A DNA stretch of 64,000 nt from Nitrospira sp. SG-bin2 (GCA_002083405.1 LVWT01000045.1:17637-81636), one strand, 5' to 3'; positions 8,971-19,819 are shown, counted from the first letter of the stretch. Translations and numbers: made by a program. The notes: generated by a model not told the origin, from the sequence alone.

Positions 8971-10113
8971 ATGACATTGTCATCGATGGTATCGGTCTCG
9001 CTTGGTGAGCGGAGCTACAAGATTCTGATTCAAGCCGGTCTTTTGAGTCGGCTTAAAGGGAGGTTGAGCGAACTGGCGGTGAAGGGGAAAGTCGGTGTGG
9101 TGACGGATCGTCATGTAGCCGGTTACTATCTGAGCGGGATGTTGCAGCAGCTGAAGAGGTGCGGCGTCGATGCGGTTCCTATTGTACTGCCTCCCGGTGA
9201 ACGGTCGAAGACACTGGATACGATCACGAACATTCTTGATGTGATGGCGCGTCATCGGTTTGAGCGGTCGTCGTTTCTCTTTGCACTTGGGGGAGGTGTG
9301 GTCGGCGATATAGCAGGATTTGCGGCGGCGATCTATCAGCGCGGTATCCCATTCATTCAGATTCCAACTACCCTCATTGCCCAGTCTGATTCGAGCGTCG
9401 GGGGAAAGACGGGAGTCGATCATCGGCTGGGTAAGAATCTGATCGGGGCGTTCTATCAACCCAAGGAAGTATGGATTGATCCGCTGACGCTTCGGACTTT
9501 GCCGATGCGCGAATGGGTTGCCGGGCTGGCGGAGGTCATCAAGTATGGCATTATCGCGGATGAGGAGTTTTTTTCATATCTTCAGCGGGAGATGCCCGGT
9601 TTGCTGAAACGAAAACCAGATATTGTTGCAGTGGCAGTGAAGCGGTCTTGCGAAATCAAAGCTCAAGTAGTCGCAGCAGATGAGCGGGAGTCTGACCGGC
9701 GGCGCATCCTCAATTATGGGCACACGATCGGGCATGCGCTTGAAACGCTGGGGCGATACGAATCGCTCATTCACGGTGAGGCTGTCGGGATCGGGTTGGT
9801 TCAAGAAGCTGACGTCGCATGTTTTCTTGGGACTTGTGATCGCAGTGTCGTGCAACGTATTCAAGCCATTGTCCAGGCCGCCGGCTTGCCCGATCGCATG
9901 CCGCAGTGGACAGCAGCCAAAATCTGGAAGGCGATGCTTCATGACAAGAAAGTGTCCGGAGGACAAGTTGTCGGTGTGTGGCCGGAACGGATCGGGCATG
10001 TTCGGATGATGCCGATCGATGAACCGACTTTTTGCCAATGGCATCAAACGCTGCCTAAGCCCAACTCCGGCAAGAGCCTCTCCCGCAAGAAGCCGGCCCA
10101 ACAGAAACGGTAG
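8971..10113 (+). CDS. aroB: 3-dehydroquinate synthase
   Basis: 380 aa containing GGGVVGDIAGFAAAIYQRGIPFIQIPTTLIAQSDSSVGGKTGVDH and YGHTIGHALE...HGEAVGIG. It follows the pil cluster, as in many bacteria. Confidence 0.9.
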   Translation: MTLSSMVSVSLGERSYKILIQAGLLSRLKGRLSELAVKGKVGVVTDRHVAGYYLSGMLQQLKRCGVDAVPIVLPPGERSKTLDTITNILDVMARHRFERSSFLFALGGGVVGDIAGFAAAIYQRGIPFIQIPTTLIAQSDSSVGGKTGVDHRLGKNLIGAFYQPKEVWIDPLTLRTLPMREWVAGLAEVIKYGIIADEEFFSYLQREMPGLLKRKPDIVAVAVKRSCEIKAQVVAADERESDRRRILNYGHTIGHALETLGRYESLIHGEAVGIGLVQEADVACFLGTCDRSVVQRIQAIVQAAGLPDRMPQWTAAKIWKAMLHDKKVSGGQVVGVWPERIGHVRMMPIDEPTFCQWHQTLPKPNSGKSLSRKKPAQQKR

Positions 10114-10122
10114 GCCTGTCTG

Positions 10123-11901
10123 ATGCGCATACTTCGGATTGCCATGGCACAGATTGACCCGACGGTCGGTGATATTTCCGGCAATATGCGGCTTGTCAAA
10201 GCGTGGATCAAGGAGGCGCGGAAGGCCGGCGCCGATCTGGTGGTGTTTCCTGAATTGACGGTGACCGGCTACCCTCCTGAAGATTTGCTTTTAAAGCCGC
10301 GGTTTGTCTCGGACAACCGGCGGGCGCTCGACGAGATCGCGAAAGAGTGTACGGGGCTTGTGGCCGTGATCGGGTATGTCGGCCAAGGCAGTGCAGGCAA
10401 AGGGAAGTCACAGACAGCGTGCACCGCCACCGTAGGCGGGCATGAACTATTTAATGCGGCGGCGGTCGTCGCAGGTCGGCGGGTCATCGCCCGATACAGC
10501 AAATGGATCCTGCCGAACTACGGAGTCTTCGACGAAAGCCGGTATTTTCATCCCGGCCGGCACGTGGTACTGATGACGCTACGTGGTGTGGCAGTCGCTG
10601 TCAGCATTTGTGAAGACATCTGGTCGCCGGACGGGCCCACTTCCATGCAGGCGGCAGCGGGGGCGGAAGTGATCGTGAATATCAATGCGTCGCCGTTCCA
10701 TATTGGGAAGAGCCGTGCGCGCGAACAGGTGCTGGCAACCAGGGCTCGGGAAAACGGAATCATTCTGACATATACCAACATGGTCGGGGGACAGGATGAA
10801 TTGGTGTTTGACGGCAACAGCATGATCGTCAATCAAACGGGTGATGTAATCGCCCGGGGCAAGGAATTTGCGGAGGATTTGATCCTCGCAGACCTTTCGG
10901 TGGATGCTGTTGCGCGAACTCGGATGGTGCAGGTGCGGAGAAAACGCTTCACGGCTGCCATGGCAGCTGCCGTCGAACGAGTGACGATTAAATCTCCCAC
11001 GCGCCCGGCAAAGCGCTCGCACATGGTGCCGTCTCTGGAGGCGTTACTTGGGGATTCCGATGCTGTCTATCGCGCACTGGTATTGGGTGTGCAGGATTAT
11101 ATGCGGAAGAACGGATTTCGAAAGGTCGCGATCGGACTGAGTGGAGGAATCGATAGTGCGCTGACCGCGGTCGTTGCGGTTGATGCGCTGGGCCCTGATA
11201 ATGTGCTGGGGATATTCATGCCGTCGCCGTATACCTCAGCTGAGAGCGCGGAGGATGTAGAGGAGCTCAGCCATCGAATCGGCATCGAGTATCGGACTAT
11301 CCCGATTACGCCGACGTTTGAATCCTACCGGACTGCTCTGGCCCCGACATTTCATGGGAAGGCGGTCGATACGGCGGAGGAAAATCTGCAGGCCCGCATT
11401 CGCGGGAATATTTTGATGGCGTATTCGAACAAGTTCGGCCACCTTGTGTTGACGACCGGCAATAAGAGCGAAATGAGTGTCGGCTATGCCACGTTGTATG
11501 GCGATATGGCCGGCGGTTTCGCGGTGATCAAGGACGTTCCGAAAACCATGGTGTATGAGTTGTCCCGGCTTCGGAATCTTCGAGGCCGTACGCATGTCAT
11601 TCCGAAACGGATATTAGATCGGCCCCCTAGCGCCGAACTAAGACCCAATCAGAAGGACGAAGATTCCTTGCCGGCCTATGCCGTTCTCGACCCCATTCTT
11701 CAATTCTACGTGGAAGAGAACCGTTCGATCGAAGAAATCGTTGATGCAGGATTCGATCGTGCCACAGTAGCGCGAGTGGTGGCCATGGTGGATGGCAGTG
11801 AGTTCAAACGTCGCCAGGCGCCTATCGGCATCAAAGTCACACATCGGGCGTTCGGCAAGGATTGTCGAATGCCGATCACCAACGGGTATCGCAATTCGTA
11901 G
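10123..11901 (+). CDS. nadE: Glutamine-dependent NAD+ synthetase
   Basis: 592 aa with an N-terminal CN-hydrolase/glutaminase domain (VVFPELTVTGYPPEDL) and a C-terminal NAD synthetase domain with the SGGIDS P-loop. Confidence 0.9.
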   Translation: MRILRIAMAQIDPTVGDISGNMRLVKAWIKEARKAGADLVVFPELTVTGYPPEDLLLKPRFVSDNRRALDEIAKECTGLVAVIGYVGQGSAGKGKSQTACTATVGGHELFNAAAVVAGRRVIARYSKWILPNYGVFDESRYFHPGRHVVLMTLRGVAVAVSICEDIWSPDGPTSMQAAAGAEVIVNINASPFHIGKSRAREQVLATRARENGIILTYTNMVGGQDELVFDGNSMIVNQTGDVIARGKEFAEDLILADLSVDAVARTRMVQVRRKRFTAAMAAAVERVTIKSPTRPAKRSHMVPSLEALLGDSDAVYRALVLGVQDYMRKNGFRKVAIGLSGGIDSALTAVVAVDALGPDNVLGIFMPSPYTSAESAEDVEELSHRIGIEYRTIPITPTFESYRTALAPTFHGKAVDTAEENLQARIRGNILMAYSNKFGHLVLTTGNKSEMSVGYATLYGDMAGGFAVIKDVPKTMVYELSRLRNLRGRTHVIPKRILDRPPSAELRPNQKDEDSLPAYAVLDPILQFYVEENRSIEEIVDAGFDRATVARVVAMVDGSEFKRRQAPIGIKVTHRAFGKDCRMPITNGYRNS

Positions 11902-12152
11902 CTGATTGGGACGACCGCTCTCCGGATTTGGCTTCTCTCTTGCCTGCACTGGTCGGTTCTCGTAGTCGTTCTCGGCGAAATCGCAGGAAGTTTACGTTTT
12001 TCAGCGTTGTGCCGAATGAGAGGATTGGGCTATGATGCCTCCTTCGATCTCATGGACATCGAGATCGGCATCTTCGTGGCGTGCCCGGTTATCGAGCATG
12101 AGGGTTGTTTCCGATAGCGCCTGTAATCGCAGCCGTCTCGCGTTATTTCTCC

Positions 12153-12168
12153 TGGCAGGGTGCTAGCT
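12153..12168 (+). promoter_or_regulatory. Candidate sigma-54 (-24/-12) promoter upstream of glnB
   Basis: TGGCAGGGTGCTAGCT compared with the consensus TGGCACG-N4-TTGCW. GG and GC are spaced correctly, 45 nt upstream of the glnB ATG. Confidence 0.5.
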
Positions 12169-12176
12169 TATGCTGA

Positions 12177-12551
<375 letters not shown>

Positions 12552-12742
12552 CGAGGCCTGAGAATCCAGCAGCACCCTGTCGTGTTGGAATCGAGAACGA
12601 CCGCCCATAATGCAGTATCGCATGGATTGAGAATTGAAATGGGTGCCGGATCAGATAGCAGGTGTGACATGTTTTCAGCCAAAGGCAGCATGGGCCGAAA
12701 GGCGGGCCGGTCATTGCGGATGAGCTCTGAAAGGAGGAGGGG

Positions 12743-14152
12743 ATGAACGTGCGAGAAGTGTTGGAGTTTGCCAAGAAGCACAGGGTCCAGATGGTGGACC
12801 TGAAGTTCGTGGACCTGCCGGGAGTGTGGCAGCACATGACCATCCCTGTGAGCGAACTGACGGAAGATCTGTTCAAGGACGGCTCCGGCCTCGACGGGTC
12901 CTCCATTCGTGGCTGGAAGGCGATCAACAACAGTGATCTGCTGATGGTCCCCGATCCCGCGACGGCCTGTCTGGATCCCTTCACGGCAGTGCCGACGCTC
13001 AGCCTTACCGGCAATGTGGTGGACCCTATCTCACGCGAGAATTATGAGCGTGACCCCAGGTTTATTGCCCAGAAGGCGGAAAAGTATCTTCAAAGCACCA
13101 AGATCGGTGACGCATCTTTTTGGGGGCCTGAAGCCGAATTCTTCATCTTCGACCATGCCCGCTACGATCAGACCAGCAACAGCGGGTACTACTTTCTCGA
13201 TTCCGAGGAAGGCGCATGGAACATGGGGCAGGAGGGATTCAATTTGGGCGGCAAGCTCCGCCACAAGCAAGGCTACTTCCCTGTGGCTCCCGCGGATACG
13301 CAACAGGATATCCGCAGCGAAATGGTTGTCGAGATGGAAAAGGTCGGCATCGTTGTTGAGAAGCATCATCACGAAACGGCATCGGCCGGCCAGGCTGAGA
13401 TCGATATTCGGTTCGACTCGCTGGTGAAGACGGCGGACAAAATGATGATGTACAAATACATCGTCAAAAATGTGGCCCGCCGGCATGGCAAAACCGCGAC
13501 GTTCATGCCGAAACCGCTGTTCGGCGACGCCGGTTCCGGCATGCACACTCATCAGAGTATCTGGAAAGAAGGGAAGCCCTTGTTCGCCGGTAAGGATTAT
13601 GCGGGTGTGTCACAGATGTGTTTGCATTACATCGGTGGGATTCTCAAGCATGCGCCGGCGCTGGCGGCTTTTACCAATCCGACGACCAATTCATACAAGC
13701 GGATCACGCCGGGATTCGAAGCGCCGGTGTTGCTCGCCTATTCCAGCCGAAATCGGTCGGCGGGGATCCGTATCCCGATGTATTCGCCCAGTCCGAAGGC
13801 CAAACGGATTGAAGTACGGTTTCCTGATCCTGCCTGCAATCCCTATTTGGCGTTCGCCGCGATGCTCATGGCCGGCCTCGACGGGATTCAGAATAAGATT
13901 GATCCGGGCGAACCTGCCGAAAAAGATCTGTACGATCTTGACCCCAAAGAGGCGGCCAACATCAGAACGATGCCCGGGAGTCTTAATGAAGCGATCGACA
14001 GTCTGGAAAAAGACCATCAGTTTCTCCTTAAGGGAGAGGTCTTTACAGAGGATTTGATCGAAGCCTGGATTGGCTATAAGAGAAATAAAGAGATCGATCC
14101 GATGCGGCTTCGCCCGCATCCCTATGAGTTTTTCCTCTATTACGATGTCTAG
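12743..14152 (+). CDS. glnA: Glutamine synthetase type I
   Basis: 469 aa with [19 protein letters not shown]. The adenylylation-loop Tyr context KDLYDLDP is retained. Confidence 0.95.
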   Translation: MNVREVLEFAKKHRVQMVDLKFVDLPGVWQHMTIPVSELTEDLFKDGSGLDGSSIRGWKAINNSDLLMVPDPATACLDPFTAVPTLSLTGNVVDPISRENYERDPRFIAQKAEKYLQSTKIGDASFWGPEAEFFIFDHARYDQTSNSGYYFLDSEEGAWNMGQEGFNLGGKLRHKQGYFPVAPADTQQDIRSEMVVEMEKVGIVVEKHHHETASAGQAEIDIRFDSLVKTADKMMMYKYIVKNVARRHGKTATFMPKPLFGDAGSGMHTHQSIWKEGKPLFAGKDYAGVSQMCLHYIGGILKHAPALAAFTNPTTNSYKRITPGFEAPVLLAYSSRNRSAGIRIPMYSPSPKAKRIEVRFPDPACNPYLAFAAMLMAGLDGIQNKIDPGEPAEKDLYDLDPKEAANIRTMPGSLNEAIDSLEKDHQFLLKGEVFTEDLIEAWIGYKRNKEIDPMRLRPHPYEFFLYYDV

Positions 14153-14168
14153 CTAAGAAGAGAGAGGA

Positions 14169-14206
14169 CCGGCACAGCAAAGATCATTCGGCTGTGCCGG
14201 TTGTTG
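14169..14206 (+). terminator. Rho-independent terminator after glnA
   Basis: CCGGCACAGC (14169-14178) pairs with GCTGTGCCGG (14191-14200), followed by TTGTTG. Confidence 0.6.
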
Positions 14207-14584
14207 AGAAGATCGCGACCGTCGATTGTTGCCCCTCCTTTGCCGGATATCGGGTTTTCGCTTCAAGTCCATTGGTGATGCCTGCTTCACCTGCCCCCTA
14301 GCTACGGCATGGTGGTGCCTGGCGGTCGGTTCCCAGCAGACGCGTATAGTACCTATCTCCCACACAGTGCAGTTCCGGCCGCTCCTATTTTTGTGCAAGG
14401 TTTGAGGTGGCCCGTACCATACGGACCATTCTGTTGGGGGTAGCCTTCTCTTTCTACATGGGAATGATGGTAAGTGATTGAAATTGCGAGAGAGTTAATC
14501 TGCTCTATAGGGCCTCATTTTTGCTCAACAGGCTACCTGGGCTGCCTGTGACAATATGCGGACGTAACATGCGGAGGAATTGGC

Positions 14585-15523
14585 ATGGATCAACGGAAAT
14601 CCTCAGTCGAATGCTATGAACGAGGGTTGGTGCTCAAGCGGATAGGAATGTGTCATGAGGCAATTGAAAATTTTAAAAAAGCTGCCCTGAATCCGGAGTA
14701 TGCCGGGAGAGCGCATGTGCATATAGCCTTGTGTTTGAAGGCTGATGGTAACCAGGAGGAAGCGGTTGTGGCATTTCGGAAGGCATTTGCCTCGCCCTCA
14801 TTGTCATCCGAAGAACGCCGGCACATTCTCTATCACATCGGCCAGACGCTGGAATCGTTAGGCCGATATGCGGAAAGTCTTGAGGCATATGGTAAGTTGA
14901 GAAACGAGGACCCTGAGTTCCGTGATGTGACACAAAAGATCAAACGGCTGTGCGACGGCGGGCGTCGGACACTTTCGGAGTCTGAAACGTCGTGGCAGTC
15001 CTGGATGGACGAGGCGCGAACCTTGACGCCCACCGTTCTGGCCTTGCTGGAACAGACGGGACAATGGTTAGGCCGGCAGGCAGAGACACTTAAAGGACAT
15101 CGCTGGTTCGAGAAGCCGAATTCCGCTTCTGCGGATAGAGCCGGCCAGGACCCCTATTCGATCGCAATGGCCAAACGACGGAATCAGTCGGCCGGACGGG
15201 ATCGCATGGTCAACACACGCCGGCATGCCCGCGTGCCGGTACGTCTGCGAAGCCAGTTTTCAGCGGACGGCCGAACCGTGGGAGGCGAGGGAGAACTGCG
15301 TGACCTCTCTCCCTGGGGTTGCCGCATGACGAGTACGGTGGCTGTTCCTATTGGAGCAGACTTGAAGTGCCGTATTTTCCCAAAGGGGGCCGGATCTCCG
15401 TTTGTTATTGATGGAGCAACCGTGCGCTGGATCAGCCGTGAAGAGTTCGGCCTTGCGTTCACCAAGATGCATCCCGGCGTACAGCAGCAAATCGAGCAAC
15501 TGTGTAGTGCCCAGGCTGCGTGA
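14585..15523 (+). CDS. TPR-repeat protein with C-terminal PilZ (c-di-GMP binding) domain
   Basis: 312 aa preceded by a GGAGG RBS. The N-terminus has TPR-like repeats. The C-terminus carries the PilZ motifs RRHAR (RxxxR) and DLSPWG (DxSxxG). Confidence 0.75.
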   Translation: MDQRKSSVECYERGLVLKRIGMCHEAIENFKKAALNPEYAGRAHVHIALCLKADGNQEEAVVAFRKAFASPSLSSEERRHILYHIGQTLESLGRYAESLEAYGKLRNEDPEFRDVTQKIKRLCDGGRRTLSESETSWQSWMDEARTLTPTVLALLEQTGQWLGRQAETLKGHRWFEKPNSASADRAGQDPYSIAMAKRRNQSAGRDRMVNTRRHARVPVRLRSQFSADGRTVGGEGELRDLSPWGCRMTSTVAVPIGADLKCRIFPKGAGSPFVIDGATVRWISREEFGLAFTKMHPGVQQQIEQLCSAQAA

Positions 15524-15620
15524 AGTGTGAAAGGTGTGGCGGGAGAGGTCAGGTGTAAGGGGTGAGGCGCAGAATGCGAGACGGGTAGTGAAGAGCAGGT
15601 AGCGACGGTTCCGACGGGAA

Positions 15621-16694
15621 TCAATTCGCAGCCAGAGCCGGATAGTCGCTGTAGCCGTCGGGTCCGCCTCCATACAGGCGCTCGTAGTTGACCTCGTTGA
15701 GCGGGACTTGTTTCACGAAACGGTCGACCAAATCTGGGTTGGCGATGTACGGACGCCCGTACACAATCGCATCAGCCGCTCCGCAAGCCACCGTCGACTC
15801 ACCGCTCTCACGCGTATAGCTTCCGTTGCTCATCAACACACCCCGGAAATTCCGGCGGGCGACCGCCAGGATGGCTTGCTCCTCGGGCAAGGCATGGTTC
15901 TCGTGCCGTATTTCAAGGAACGCGATCCCTCGCCCGCTCAATTCCCTCGCCACATAGGTCACCAACGCGGTTGGTTGACTATCGACCATGTCATTGAACG
16001 GGACCAGGGGCGAGATCCGCACCGCGACGCGTCCGGCGCCCCACACGCTGACGGCCGCATCGGTCACCTCCAGCAAAAAACGAGCACGATTTTCGACGGA
16101 GCCGCCATAGACATCCGTGCGCACGTTGACGCCGTCGCGCAGGAAGTTATCAATCAAATAGCCATGGGCGCCGTGGATCTGCACTCCATCGAAGCCGGCC
16201 CGGTGAGCGTTGTGCGCGGCGAGCCGGAACCTCTCCACATACCGCGGGACTTCCTCGGTGCCGAGCGCGCGCGGGACTTCGTAGGGTTTGGCCCCCTCCT
16301 GGGTAGAAGTCACGCTATGACGAATCGCCACGGCGCTACTGGAGACCGGCTGTTCGCCGTCGTTCAATAACGAGTGCGCGGCACGGCCGGGATGCCAGAT
16401 CTGCATGAAGATGCGGCCACCCTTGGCATGCACGGCGTCTGTGACTCGTTGCCATCCGGCTATATGGGCAGGGCTGTAAATGCCGCCCTCTCCCATGAAG
16501 GCGCAGGCGTGGGCGTCGATCATGGTGCATTCCGTCATCATGAGCCCGCTCGATGCACGTTGGGAGTAATAGTCCACCATCATGTCGTTAGGGATGTGAG
16601 AAGCCCCGGCCCGCACACGGGTGAGGGGAGCCATGACGATGCGGTTGGGTAAGAGGATGTCCCCGGCTTGGAGGGGCGTCAACAGCGTGGGCAT
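15621..16694 (-). CDS. NADH:flavin oxidoreductase, Old Yellow Enzyme family
   Basis: 357 aa from the ATG at 16694 (AAGGAA RBS), with LLTPLQAGDILLPNRIVMAPLTRVRA and HGAHGYLIDNFL. The 40 upstream codons in the ORF track look non-homologous. Confidence 0.85.
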   Translation of the reverse strand: MPTLLTPLQAGDILLPNRIVMAPLTRVRAGASHIPNDMMVDYYSQRASSGLMMTECTMIDAHACAFMGEGGIYSPAHIAGWQRVTDAVHAKGGRIFMQIWHPGRAAHSLLNDGEQPVSSSAVAIRHSVTSTQEGAKPYEVPRALGTEEVPRYVERFRLAAHNAHRAGFDGVQIHGAHGYLIDNFLRDGVNVRTDVYGGSVENRARFLLEVTDAAVSVWGAGRVAVRISPLVPFNDMVDSQPTALVTYVARELSGRGIAFLEIRHENHALPEEQAILAVARRNFRGVLMSNGSYTRESGESTVACGAADAIVYGRPYIANPDLVDRFVKQVPLNEVNYERLYGGGPDGYSDYPALAAN

Positions 16695-16959
16695 CGGTGT
16701 TCCTTTGAGTAACGAGTGATCGTCGATGAGAGAGGGTATAAGCGAGAGGGTGAGGGAGTCAAGACAACAGATTGCGCAGCTGCATAAAACATGGGCCGCA
16801 CGTGTGATCGTCATGCGTGCGGCCCTCTGTTTTCAGGCGCGACGCCCGTCTCAAATAACGCTATAGTGAGGGCTGTCAGTGGATCTCTCAGGTGTGAGGG
16901 CGACTTGTTATACTCAATAGCGATCTGTGATCAGATGTGACCGCGGAAATTTGTTCACA

Positions 16960-17697
16960 ATGACATCGAACCCCGCTCTTTCTGCAAAACGGTATACGGT
17001 CGATCGATTGCTTTCGAAGCTGGGCATGGCTTCACGTAGCACAAGCCAGGAGTGGGTCCGCGCCGGGCGCGTGCGGATCAATGGACGGGTGGTGTGCGAT
17101 CCAGCGACCTGGGTCTTGTGGCCGAAGGACTCCATCTTGGTCGACGATAAGCCGATTCGCGATTCGCTCAAACGATGGATCCTCTTTCACAAACCCAAAG
17201 GGGTCATCACGACACATAGCGATGACCAGGCCCGGAAGACCATCTTCGATGTGTTGCCGGGGGATTTGGGCTATCTGCATGCCGTCGGGCGGCTGGATCA
17301 GGCGACCAGCGGGCTCCTGCTGCTGACCAATGATTCGACCTTGTCGAGCTATCTTACCGATCCGGCCAATAAGGTGATGCGGACGTACCTGGTGTCCGTG
17401 CGAGGCGAATTCACTGAAGCCCAAGCGAAAGAAGCCATGGTTGGCGTTGTCGATGCCGGTGAACGCCTCCAATGCCATCGTGTGAAGATTCAAAAGAGTT
17501 CAGGCCGCGAGACGCATCTGGAGGTGGTGTTGGTCCAGGGAAAGAATCGCGAGATCCGCAGGCTGTTCCTGGCGCTGGGCCATGAAGTGACCAGGCTCAG
17601 GCGCATCCAATTTGGTCCATTCAAACTGGAAGATCTTCAGCCCGGTTCCTGGCGCGAGATGCCGATTGAAGACGCCAGGGAAGCGCTCAGGCTATGA
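16960..17697 (+). CDS. Pseudouridine synthase, RsuA/RluB family
   Basis: An S4 domain (RLLSKLGMASRSTSQEWVRAGRVRINGRVV) plus the catalytic motif GRLDQATSGLLLLTND. The ATG at 16960 is preferred over the ORF-track start. Confidence 0.85.
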   Translation: MTSNPALSAKRYTVDRLLSKLGMASRSTSQEWVRAGRVRINGRVVCDPATWVLWPKDSILVDDKPIRDSLKRWILFHKPKGVITTHSDDQARKTIFDVLPGDLGYLHAVGRLDQATSGLLLLTNDSTLSSYLTDPANKVMRTYLVSVRGEFTEAQAKEAMVGVVDAGERLQCHRVKIQKSSGRETHLEVVLVQGKNREIRRLFLALGHEVTRLRRIQFGPFKLEDLQPGSWREMPIEDAREALRL

Positions 17698-17913
17698 GTG
17701 TTCGGTGTGTAGATTGGATATTGGACGAGGAAAAGGGGCAGTAATTGTTCTGACAGTCAAGCCGTCGTCATGCGGCCCTCCTGTTTTCTGGAGCACCGTC
17801 AAGAGATGTGCAAGTAGATTTCAGGCGACAATGAGTACATGAGTGTCAGATTGAGGCGTGCAGAGGATGCCCACTCCGGTTCGCTCCATAACGTGTATGA
17901 TGGGAGCCGCCTT

Positions 17914-18192
17914 CTAGGCGGCATGTGGAAAGAGGTCGTATCGTGCCGTTGAGGGGGTGATCGTGCTCTCGACCGGGCCGGCGGAAGACGAAGCGGGCGC
18001 CCATAATTCGTAGTCAAACCCCCGGCGGCGCAAACAGATCGCTCCCTGTCGGCTCAATGCATCCACACTCGTGAACACCTGGTTCCAGGTCGATTCCGGG
18101 AGGCAGGGCAGAAGTTTCTCCATCACAATAGATCCTCGCTCGTGAACGATGGCCAGGATCTTCGCTTTCGTGTGTTCCGCAGCAGTACTCAT
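17914..18192 (-). CDS. Small hypothetical protein (92 aa), possibly winged-helix
   Basis: MSTAAEHTKAKILAIVHERGSIVMEKLL... with an ATGA overlap onto the stop of the upstream PsiE-like gene. The longer 248-aa ORF-track version is Arg/Gly-rich antisense-type sequence. Confidence 0.4.
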   Translation of the reverse strand: MSTAAEHTKAKILAIVHERGSIVMEKLLPCLPESTWNQVFTSVDALSRQGAICLRRRGFDYELWAPASSSAGPVESTITPSTARYDLFPHAA

Positions 18193-18722
18193 GGGTGACC
18201 TCCCTCGTCGGCATGGGCCATATATGAATAGGCCGACAGCTTCGTCTGTGTCGGGCTCCATCGAACGACCATCACGCGAATGACTCCCAAGGTAAACAGA
18301 ATGCCGCCCAGCGCCGCCAGCGCCTGCCAATCCCCACCCTTGAACCACTGGGAAATCACTTCCGTCAGCATGACCACGAGGATTGTATCGACAATGAACG
18401 TCACCTTCACACGGCCTTCGCTGAAATAGGTTACTGTCGTCTTGAACACTTCGACGATCGCCAGCAAGATCAGCATGTCGATGATCACCTGTCGCAAGAC
18501 CACCTCGGCCGGATGGCCGACAAGCATGAACAGGTCGAGAAATGATTTCAGGACGCCTCCGGTGAGTGCGGCCAGCAGGGTGACGATCATCAGGCTGAGC
18601 ACCCCCTTGATACCGACGGCCCATACATCCATCAGGTCGATATTGCGCAGTCGGCCCCATCCGGAGTGCCCGTCGAGCAGGTGAGCCTCTATGGGTGTTG
18701 TTCTGAGTGGGTTAGAAGTCAT
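18189..18722 (-). CDS. PsiE-like (phosphate-starvation-inducible E family) membrane protein
   Basis: About 177 aa from the ATG at 18722. It has four TM helices and an ILLAIVEVFKTTVTYF...IVDTILVVMLTEVI pattern like PsiE. Its start overlaps the stop of the CBS gene. Confidence 0.55.
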   Translation of the reverse strand: MTSNPLRTTPIEAHLLDGHSGWGRLRNIDLMDVWAVGIKGVLSLMIVTLLAALTGGVLKSFLDLFMLVGHPAEVVLRQVIIDMLILLAIVEVFKTTVTYFSEGRVKVTFIVDTILVVMLTEVISQWFKGGDWQALAALGGILFTLGVIRVMVVRWSPTQTKLSAYSYMAHADEGGHP

Positions 18723-19095
18723 CGGTTGACACCGGGCGAAGTAGGTCTCGAACAGAAAGCACCCCAACCACGGTGGTGGATTTGCACACCATCAAGTGTC
18801 GTGTGCCATGCCGCTGCATCAGGTCTGCTGCTTCAGTAATCGGCCGCCGCTCGTCGATGCCGATCACCGGTGCACTCATAATCGCTGCAATGGGGAAGTG
18901 GGACGATTCTTGATCGGTCCCTACCACCTTCCGGACGATATCCGACTCCGTCACAATGCCGACGATGTGGTGGTCATGCAACACAAAGACACTCCCGATC
19001 TTGCGACGGGACATTAGTTTCGCTGCATCGACGGCACTCATCGTTCCAGGCGCCGTGACTAATTCTCTGTTCATCAGTTGTCCGACAGTGATCAT
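18712..19095 (-). CDS. CBS-domain pair protein
   Basis: 127 aa with two CBS repeats (VTAPGTMSAVDAAKLMSRRKIGSVFVL, IVGIVTESDIVRKVV, TRHLMVCKSTTVVGVLSVRDLL) and a GAAGGAGGAG RBS. Confidence 0.85.
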   Translation of the reverse strand: MITVGQLMNRELVTAPGTMSAVDAAKLMSRRKIGSVFVLHDHHIVGIVTESDIVRKVVGTDQESSHFPIAAIMSAPVIGIDERRPITEAADLMQRHGTRHLMVCKSTTVVGVLSVRDLLRPVSTDDF

Positions 19096-19494
19096 GCAAC
19101 TCCTCCTTCAGGAAACCCCGTTCATTGTTGTTTGATGTATTTGTGTGGAGGGTACTGCGCGTACGTTGCAGGGCTGTGTCTTCGATGTAAAATCTCTGTT
19201 AACCCCGATCAGAAAGGCAGAGGTATATTCGACGGAATTTTTGCGGGCTACTTCCTGGCGGGCCAGCTTTCCATTGAGGCAGTCTTCTGCGCAACGGCAG
19301 CGAAGAGGGCGAGGAGCCCCAGACATTCACTCACGAGTTGTTGAGAAAGAAAGCTTCTCGATCAGCGTGATGGGGAGAGTTTCTGGGCCGACGTGAGTGA
19401 ATTCATGGGCGCCGAATGGGAAAGGTTCCCGACGAATATGAGGTCAAGCGCTTGAAGCAATGCGATCAGTTGACGAAAGCGCCGCTCAGACCTG

Positions 19495-19740
19495 TCAGGA
19501 AAGAATAGCCGAAGATCCGAATCGCCGAAAAGAGGAAAGGACAACGGGTAAATGACTGACTTCGGCCCACGACAGTACTGCAATCGTTTGCTCTGCTCCG
19601 AGAAAAGACTGAAGCAGCAGGAAGATACCGATGCTGAGGGCAATGATGCTGGGCCAGATTACCGAGAGAGCACCGAAAACGAATACAACCGTCATGGCCT
19701 CCAAAGCATGCCGGCCAAACCGGACATTGGGCGTGATCAT
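19495..19740 (-). CDS. Possible small two-TM membrane protein
   Basis: MITPNVRFGRHALEAMTVVFVFGALSVIWPSIIALSIGIFLLLQSF... There is no recognisable family and no clear RBS. Confidence 0.3.
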   Translation of the reverse strand: MITPNVRFGRHALEAMTVVFVFGALSVIWPSIIALSIGIFLLLQSFLGAEQTIAVLSWAEVSHLPVVLSSFRRFGSSAILS

Positions 19741-19819
19741 GAGGGCCCTCCCTGGTCTGCTCTCTACCAAATGCATGAAAGGCGTTGATGTAAACTGGCG
19801 ATATGATACTGCCTAAGGG

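Noticed and set aside
16695-16814. 40-codon N-terminal extension of the Old Yellow Enzyme ORF
   Set aside because: It is Cys/Leu/Ser-rich with no homology. The internal ATG at 16694 has an AAGGAA RBS and aligns with the family N-terminus.
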